Shown here piece by piece: positions 56,570-64,000 of a DNA stretch of 64,000 nucleotides. Each line of letters starts with the position of its first letter. Position 1 is the first letter of the stretch. The position numbers and the translations under genes were made by a program. The stretch is from the NCBI GenBank assembly GCA_051942205.1, contig JAVECO010000035.1:62001-126000 (forward strand), written 5' to 3'. The notes under the pieces were generated by a model that saw only the letters and a program-made list of their open reading frames with translations, was not told where the DNA came from and searched no databases. The stretch is from Coniocarpon cinnabarinum. Taxonomy: Eukaryota.

Positions 56570-57376
56570 ATGTACCTAGCTCGCTATTTGAATCCTCGTA
56601 CTTCAAGCTGTAGAGCTCAGCTCAGCATAACTCGAATCATGAGCTCTCAGACGGACTCCACTAACGCAATACTCAATAAGAAGATCTTTGCTCCCGGCAC
56701 CACGGCGAATAGCACCCCATCGCAAGCTGAGCAATACAAGAAAGGCGCGCTCTATCGAGCAGATTTGGCTCCTTCCCCAATCACCCAATTTCACGCGTGG
56801 TTTTCGCATGCACAACAGATTGGTGTCTACCAGCCAGAGACCGTTTGCCTCTCCACGGCCTCGCTTCCTTCAGGCAAAGTCTCTTCCAGGTTCGTCTATC
56901 TAAAAGAGCTAGATGAACGTGGATTCGTGATTTACAGCAATTGGGGCACAAGTCGCAAAAGCCAAGACGTACGCAGTAATCCGTATGCTAGCCTGAGCTT
57001 CTGGTGGAGAGAACTGGAAAGACAGGTCAGAGTTGAGGGTCCAGTGGAGCGGCTAAGAAATGAAGAAAGTCAAGTCTACTACGATACGCGAGCGCGAGGT
57101 AGCAGAATAGGGGCATGGGCAAGTGAGCAAAGCAAGATTCTGACACCCAATTCTGGTGCAGAGGATGATGGAAGAGAGGCGTTGGAGTCAAGAGTAAAGG
57201 ACACAGAAAGAAAGTTTGATGGGAAAGAAGAGATACCTGTGCCAGATTTCTGGGGTGGTCTCCGAGTCTTGCCGGAGAGTATAGAGTTCTGGCAAGGTCG
57301 CGAAAGTAGGTTACATGACCGATTTCAGTATACCAAGGAAGATGAGAGCTGGGTGATTGAGAGGCTAAGTCCTTGA
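56570..57376 (+). CDS. PDX3: Pyridoxamine 5'-phosphate oxidase (alternative start at 56639)
   Basis: SRFVYLKELD..GFVIYSN..SRK, RQVRVEG, SRIGAWASEQS, EFWQGRESRLHDR and ERLSP. Confidence 0.95.
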   Translation: MYLARYLNPRTSSCRAQLSITRIMSSQTDSTNAILNKKIFAPGTTANSTPSQAEQYKKGALYRADLAPSPITQFHAWFSHAQQIGVYQPETVCLSTASLPSGKVSSRFVYLKELDERGFVIYSNWGTSRKSQDVRSNPYASLSFWWRELERQVRVEGPVERLRNEESQVYYDTRARGSRIGAWASEQSKILTPNSGAEDDGREALESRVKDTERKFDGKEEIPVPDFWGGLRVLPESIEFWQGRESRLHDRFQYTKEDESWVIERLSP

Positions 57377-58200
57377 TGCATTGCGTGAGGCAACTAGGTG
57401 CTATTGACAATAGGCTCAAGGGCAGTCTACAGGGATCAAGCAAATGGTAAGGTACTTGCGTCGCTATTCGTTGGGCATTCAGCTCTTGCTTGAGTTGTGA
57501 TTCGTTTCTTGCAGCATCCACGGTATCTTAATTTGGCAATGACTTTTAACGTTCCCTTTTCGTAGACGTACTACCAAGCTCCACTTATTCTTACTTGGCG
57601 AATCGGGCCGGGATGCTTGCCCTTCGCAGCTTAATGCCAGCATGCTTACAATCGAAAATTTGCGCACATTGCGAAATGCACACAAGTAAGAAATGGACCC
57701 TGGAATATGAAGATGTCACGATGACAAGCCGCTATACGCCGTAGACTCTAGATCAACCACGGTACAGCATGGTATGTCTTCCATAATGTCCCTCTGACCA
57801 AGATACCTATGTGAACCTATGCTTCCTTTGTACAAAGTTATCGTTCTTGAAGTATCCTAGATGGTAAAGAGCAAAAAGGTAACCTTGACGTATACTACTG
57901 CCGTTCACACGGCATTTGATCATTCCAGTACGTCCACGAAATGCATCGTCCTAGACGATGTGTCTTCGCAGGCACGTTCAGGAGCTGTGGATTTCTGATT
58001 GTCGCTGAGCGGGAGCCTGACAGTCCTTTAGCCATGGAAGAATGTCAACCAAACCCACGTTTGCACTCCCCACAGCCACGCCGCCACCGTGGTTTGTATT
58101 ACCTACATTACTCGTCATGATTTTTCCTAGACAAAAGCGTGCACGCTATCGCAGAAGCAAATCAACATGGTCTAAGCGCCTCAGCATACATAAATTGCGC

Positions 58201-58272
58201 CTTCCCCAGAGACTTCCCCAGTTCTTTCCCCAGTTCTTGCCCCAGATCTCTCCTCAGTTCCTTCCCCATCTC
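58201..58272 (+). repeat. Six degenerate 12-bp tandem repeats (CTTCCCCAGTTC-like) directly upstream of a TATA-like box
   Basis: cttccccagaga/cttccccagttc/tttccccagttc/ttgccccagatc/tctcctcagttc/cttccccatctc; TATTTAAA at 58283. Confidence 0.75.
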
Positions 58273-58396
58273 CTCCCTAGCCTATTTAAAGGCATCTCCT
58301 CCACCACTAAACTTGTCTTTCTTCCCTCCTCTCACCACTCCTCTCACCACTCATCTTCCCAACTTCTTCTTACCATCCTCTTCACGACACAACACC

Positions 58397-60530
58397 ATGT
58401 CTTTCTCCTCTTCCGTTCCGTCGTCTGCTGCTCGGCAGGAGCAAAGCGGTCTTGCGCGTCTCTGGACCGCCGTGTCACAGCGGACCAGCCATGAGAGCAA
58501 GATGACCGAGCCCACGGTCATCGATGCGCGCAACCACTGTCTGCGCGAGATGCAGGAGCACATCACGCACGAGAGGGTGCGGGCCCTGCAGAACTCAGTA
58601 GAGGGGCAGACGAGGAATCGACTGGAGTTGTGGAGGAGTAAGACGGATCTGCATCGGGCTGTGAAGAAGGTATACTTTCTTCAAGCAGTATTTCACTCCT
58701 GACTGTCATCACTAACGCTCAACCACAGGAGCATGTTGGGCTCTCGCAAGCCCGTATCAACGAGGTGGCCGCCGTCTTGTCACAGATCAAGGACGCGGGC
58801 GGCCACGAGTCCATAGCCCGCTGTCTCGACTATGATGTCGAGCAGCTTCCCGCCGGCGCGCTCCAGCTCACTATGCTGGAGCAATACTACGACGCTGGCG
58901 ATCTGCACAGCCTACGTGTACACCACAAGGGGAGCGGTGTACACGTTTCCGAGGAAGTGAGTCGTTGCAGCATATCCAGAACATTTCTTTTCACCCTTTT
59001 TCTCCCGCAAAGCACTCTGATCGTCATGAGACACCTACTCCAGAGCAGCGGCTGACTCATTGCTTTTGCTAGATTCTCTGGCATATCTCCCGCCAGCTCC
59101 TCGCGGCCGTCAGCTACCTCCACGACGGCCCCTCCTCTTCTCGCGCCGTCGCTTCCTCAATGACCGGCGCCTCTACCATCGCTGGCTGGACATCCGTCCT
59201 CCACAGCGACATCAAACCGGAGAATGTCCTCCTCCGGTCCGACGCTCGTGGCGCTGGCTACGCGCCCACTGTCCTGCTTGCGGACTTCGACACCGCAATT
59301 TTCGAGCGTGCCGGTGCTGTCGCGCCGCTGTCCACCCCAGCAGCTTCAGCCTACGGGGCGTTGAACGTTCCCGGCTCGTCGCGGAGCCACGCCGCTGCTG
59401 CGACGCGCGCGCAGGAGGTAGTGGGTGGGACTCTGCAGTATGCGCCCCCAGAGTGGCCTGCTGCGAGTCGCAAGGGGGACGTCTGGGGCGTGGGTGCGAC
59501 GTTGTATTTCCTGGCGACAGGATGCACGCCACGACGTGCGCCACCGAAGGGAGAGGTCGCCCCTCTTCCAAACCCTGCAGCCGCCGCGCCGTTCGTGCTC
59601 CACGGCGCGACCTCTTCCCTCGCTGACGGTGTCGGCGCAGCGGCCGACGACATCAACGGTCGCCTCCCTCTCTCCTTCTCCGTTTCGCCCCTCCAGCGTC
59701 GTCGATGGGGCATCGACTACGCTTCCGGCCCTTACTCACCCGCTTTCACTGCCTTCCTCTCCAACCTCCTGTCCCTCGCTCCTGTCACGCGTCCGACCGC
59801 CCGCGAGGCTCTGAAACAGCTCCCAGCCTCCCTCATCAAAAGGGGGCCACCCAAGGTCCCGAAGCATCGTCAGGGGTGCTTCACCGCTTCCTGGGATCTG
59901 AGCGTGTTCGAGGGCGAGCCCTGCGAGTGTTGTCCCCTCTCGCGTCGGATGCGGAAGGACGTCGAAGCCGAGAAACGGCGGCGGGACATCCGGACAATGA
60001 GGGAGCAAAAAGAGCGAACGAAGAAGGAGAGGGTAGAGGCACAAAAGAGAAAGGCTCGGGAGAGTGTGGGAGCAGAGAAGGGGAAGGGGAAGAGTGTTGC
60101 AGCTGCAGCGCCTGTGAGCGCTTATGCGGCAAGGGAGCGACCGGAGCGACGGCCGGTGCTGCGGGTGAGGATCCCGGCCCTACGGGCGCAAGCGAGGAAA
60201 GAGGAGGTGGTCAGTGGAGAGGGAGCGGATGAGTGGGCTCGCGTCGCGCCCGCAGCCGTGAAGCCGGTGGTGTCACCAGACAGCGGCATAGGCGTCTCGC
60301 CCGTGTCGCCACCACTGAGCTCACCAGCCGAATCGGCCGCCACTGCTCGAAAGCAGAGCAAAAGCTCAGCGGGCACGGCTGGGGGATTTGCAGCTGTGAG
60401 GGCCGAGGAGGGGGCAAGAGCGGCGGCGAGAAAGGAAGAGGAGGAACAGATGGCAAAGGAGGAGGGGAAGGCCAGGAGAAGGCTGCGCCGTGCGATACAC
60501 GCTGTTGTACCGGCGTTCTGGCGAGGTTAG
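58397..60530 (+). CDS. Divergent Ser/Thr protein kinase-like protein (NimA/NEK-like subdomains), 3 exons
   Basis: AVKK, INEVAAVL, EQYYDAGDL, ILWHISRQLLAAVSYLH, LHSDIKPENVLL, LADFD, GTLQYAPPE, GDVWGVG and RPTAREAL. Confidence 0.75.
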
Positions 60531-60915
60531 CTGGGTTTTCGAGAGGTGGCAGCAAGGAGGCGAAGTGTTGCGTTCGGCTGGGATGTGGCGGAGATGCTGT
60601 TGAGTGGCAGCGATTCGATTTGCTTTGCCTTTTCCTTGAGGGTTTCGCATTATGCTGGCGTATTGATATTTTTGAGCATGTGATACCCCAATCTATTTTA
60701 CTAGAGAACGGCCTAAAGAGCTGAGTCGCAGATGACAGCATCGTCAGTCTTTAATAACGACGCGCAAAGTATCAAGATCATTTGACGCAAGCTTCACGTG
60801 GAGATCTTTAGGGACATGTAGTGATTCAACGCTGTTAATTGAAGAATACTTATGCACTGCAAATTGGGTATCTCAAGGGTATCATGTATAGCGAGCAGCG
60901 CTCTCAAAATCTCAC

Positions 60916-62283
60916 TCACGGCACTACCACCTTTTCACGTGGACTACTCACAACCACATTTGGCAACATTTCCTCAGGATTGCGCCGATAGTACGATATT
61001 CTGGGCGAACCAGGCCCCACTTCGTCCTCGTCGTCCATCATGATTTCAGCCTCGAGTCGTGAAGAAGGCAAAGTCGACTGTGTTCGACGACTTGACGCTT
61101 GGGTCGATGCCAAAGTCGATGCGATACTCGAAGGCCGTTGCAGACCCTCAAGCTTCAAGGGCGACATGGGTCCGAGCTGCAGTTCGTACATGTCTTGGCC
61201 TGGCCTGGTGCCGCTGAAGTCACCAGATCGAATGCGCTGACTTGTTCGATTTCCGGCCGAGTCCTGCTCCTTGCGCGCTGCGGCGTCTTCTGTGTCTGTT
61301 GATGAGCTGCCGTAGGACGAGGAGTTTGGGTTCACTTTCTGCCGCAACGACGCGAAGAAGACTTTGCCTTTTTGGTAGTCGAGGTGAGTGGGGAAGCTGT
61401 CGTCTTCGTGGAGACCCAGGCCTCGTCGTGCGAGGCCCCAGAGGAAGGGCAAGTTCGCGACGAGGACGGCTGTCGAGCACTCTCGCAGGTACCAGAAGAC
61501 CCAGTTATGGCCAAACGGGTTGGTGAAGCTGTAGTATTTGTTGAGGCTCGCAGAGGTGATGGTGAAGATGCCGAGGCCGAAGACGCAGCACAACGCCAGC
61601 TTCCGTTGGAGCGGCAGCTGGCTCCGCAGGAACATTGGGATGGCGATCGCCAACATGGCCATGTCAGAGGAGAGGTTGAACGCGGCGTTGATCTCAAGGT
61701 GGTGGGTCGCGGCGTTGCACTGTGTGTTAGGTGCAGGCACGGCCCAATATTCGTGAAAAGGGCGGCACCAGACGAAGAGCGCAAGGGTTTCGAGGACGAC
61801 AAAGGTGAGACCGACGTAGACGGCGAGGAGGATGACGAGCTTGTTCTGTAGAGGAAAGGCAGCGTAGGTGATGCGGTAGTACATCGTGAGGAGGCAGGCT
61901 TTGACGAGCCAGATCACGACGACCTGGCATTGCTCTACAACGAGAGTGATCTTGCTGCCATAAATGCGCTTCGATATCTCTGCTGGCGAGAGTGTATGGG
62001 TTTCGAGATAGCCTGGAGGGAGGAGATTTGTCTCGGAAGTGGTGACAATGTTGAGGGTGACGACTTCGGTGGTGTAGAAGCAGAGGGTGACTATCATAAG
62101 CCAGTCATCGAGTTGGAGGTACTTGGGAGAGCCAAAATGTAGGACTCGGGCGGCGCTGTGGAGCACAAGTCAGTAAAGCAGCAGGAGACGGCGCATGATA
62201 GGACAGTATACGCACATCCTTGCGACCAGCACCGCGATGGTGAATCCATACCATATCCAGGACTCGACTCGAAATGGCACCAT
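60916..62283 (-). CDS. PTH11-like (rhodopsin-domain) integral membrane protein, 2 exons
   Basis: MVPFRVESWIWY..VARIAAR..LQLDDWLM, RIYGSKITLVVEQ, WLVKACLL, WCRPFHEYWAVP, NLSSDMAMLAIAIP and WYLRECSTAVLVANLP. Confidence 0.88.
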
Positions 62284-63180
62284 AGCCGTAGGCTCCGCAT
62301 GTTCAACGCAGCGGTCAAAGCCTGGCCATTAATGTATGGCGTACTTGGAAAGCGAAGCTCCATTGATTGGGTGGGCCAAGTCCTACGGTGTTCATTTCAA
62401 TGTACACCTGTCACGAAGTCTATCGAATCCAAGGGGGCAGGAACATCGCATGTGTTCCAAGCCCATCTTGGCAGCTTAGACTCTGCGAGAGGAAGACGTG
62501 GACCAACATCTGCGAGAGAATGGCGTGACTTGCAGACACTGAAAACATAGACTGCGAATAAGAAAGAAGGCAGATATCAAATTGTCATTGCAAAGCTATA
62601 GCTAGGTAGCTGGTAGGAATGTGCAGCGCACCCAGGTATTTCGCATGTGAAAGTCACGTGACTGAAATCTTCGAGGAATTCAGTGTGAAAACCTCATTCG
62701 AGGTTTTGTGTCTAAGCAAGTCTTGAACTAACTGCAGTCATCATACAGAACTGAATAAGTCTGGAGATTGACAAGAGATTGAGATGCCATGTTCAATTTG
62801 GGCAAAGTCGCGCCCCGTCTCGGGACGGAGTATCCACGTCAAGCTCTTCCTCCTATCAGTGCTCCTACATTCGGAGTTCACGATTCCAAGTGATGAATGC
62901 GGCATGCTTCCAGTGAATTTGCTTTCAAGACCCTCAGAGGGGTAATGAAAAAGAAGCACCACGCTTCAAACGGAACAGGCATAGCTGGAAGATGTTGCTC
63001 CCCACCTTTGCCTCTTTTCGGCTCTGGATGTCGGAAGTCGGGGCGTTCTTCGAGAAGACTTGGCCTAGCTCGTGTGCAGCGAGCGTGGAGAGACATTCTT
63101 TGTAGTCTCGTAGAAGCAGCGCATACGATCGTGACCACGACGACCAAGCTAAGTAGGTAATTGAACGACTTCTGTGCAGG

Positions 63181-64000
63181 ATGGCAAGCCATGTGGAGCC
63201 CACTTCGTCGCTCTGGACGAAGCCACTTCTCATCCTCAAGCTAGGACTCGCACGTAAGTTTGCAAGGTCAACATTCGACTGACGCGCCAGCATTCTAACA
63301 AACCATGTTAGGCTTCAGATTCGTACTGTCATTCTTCTTTTATCTTCTGCCCAATACACTCTGGCATCGCCAGCCCATCAAGAGGAGCATCTTCTCGTCC
63401 TTCGCGTTCAGTCAGGATCAGTATGTTACCTTCCGAGAATGTAGATATCTGATGCCAGTCTCTGGAGATGCTATCGTCAGCTATTGCAAATCAAAGAGCA
63501 TCGCAGATCACGTCGAACGCTTGGAGTGTAGTCCTGGTGCACCTGCCGCCCACTTGCATCACCTCAACTGCCAGCCCAGCGACGGTGGCAATGTACTTCT
63601 CTACTTTCACGGTGGTGGCTTCGGCAATCCTATCATAAGCCCAGGCCACGTGCCATTCACTTTGGAGGTCAGCAAGGCTGCTGGTATTTCAAAGGTGGTT
63701 ATCCTTGAATACACCTTAGCGCCGGACCTGCAATATCCAGGACAGCTGATCCAAGCAATCTGTGCGCTGCGACATTTGTTAGAGACCCACAAACCCTCCG
63801 AGATCACTATTGGAGGAGATTCGGCCGGAGGCAATCTCACGCTCGCAGTCCTTGCCCATATGATTAAGCCAAGTCCTTATGCTGCCCCACTGAGATTAGG
63901 TCCTACTGAGAAGCTCCGTGGCGCTCTCATGGTCAGTCCATGGGTCAAGTTTGAAATGACATCCCCAAGTTACAAGACCAACGCCAAGAACGACTTCCTC
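63181..64000 (+). CDS. Alpha/beta hydrolase (hormone-sensitive-lipase-like, steryl-acetyl-hydrolase-like); runs off the window end
   Basis: LLYFHGGG, LEYTLAP..YPGQL, GDSAGGNL and MVSPWV; one 5' intron (~63254-63311). Confidence 0.85.

Noticed and set aside
1..64000. Transposons, CRISPR arrays, rRNA/snRNA genes, TPP riboswitch
   Set aside because: No transposase or RT motifs, terminal repeats, repeat-spacer arrays or recognisable RNA signatures were found by eye; an Rfam/tRNAscan run would be needed to exclude them fully.

Overview
Gene-dense genomic DNA from a filamentous ascomycete (short GT-AG introns with CTRAC branch points; Dothideomycete-like, which is an inference). About 24 protein-coding genes can be reconstructed. 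Conserved genes: ESA1 histone acetyltransferase, REX4 exonuclease, a La-motif/Arb1 fusion, inositol polyphosphate multikinase, DDB1, a zeta-crystallin quinone oxidoreductase, a MATE transporter, Dicer-like 1, a mitochondrial PPR protein, gamma-tubulin complex GCP4, UBA1, CHO2, a GST-like protein, PDX3, two PTH11-like membrane proteins and a partial alpha/beta hydrolase. Three accessory-looking patches stand out. (1) At 16.0-18.9 kb, a tandem array of three highly diverged paralogues of an unrecognised helical protein family. (2) At 38.6-42.7 kb, a head-to-head pair: a HeLo-like/kinase-like-fold gene and a helical-domain/Myb fusion gene, a candidate cell-death or allorecognition module. (3) At 58.4-60.5 kb, a GC-rich atypical kinase. 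Several likely translational-control features are also visible: a CUG-initiated, NLS-bearing extension of UBA1; a PTS2/mitochondrial extension of the quinone reductase; and a 5'UTR intron plus uORF on the PPR gene. No tRNA, rRNA, CRISPR array or intact transposon was recognised. Exon boundaries were inferred by eye.
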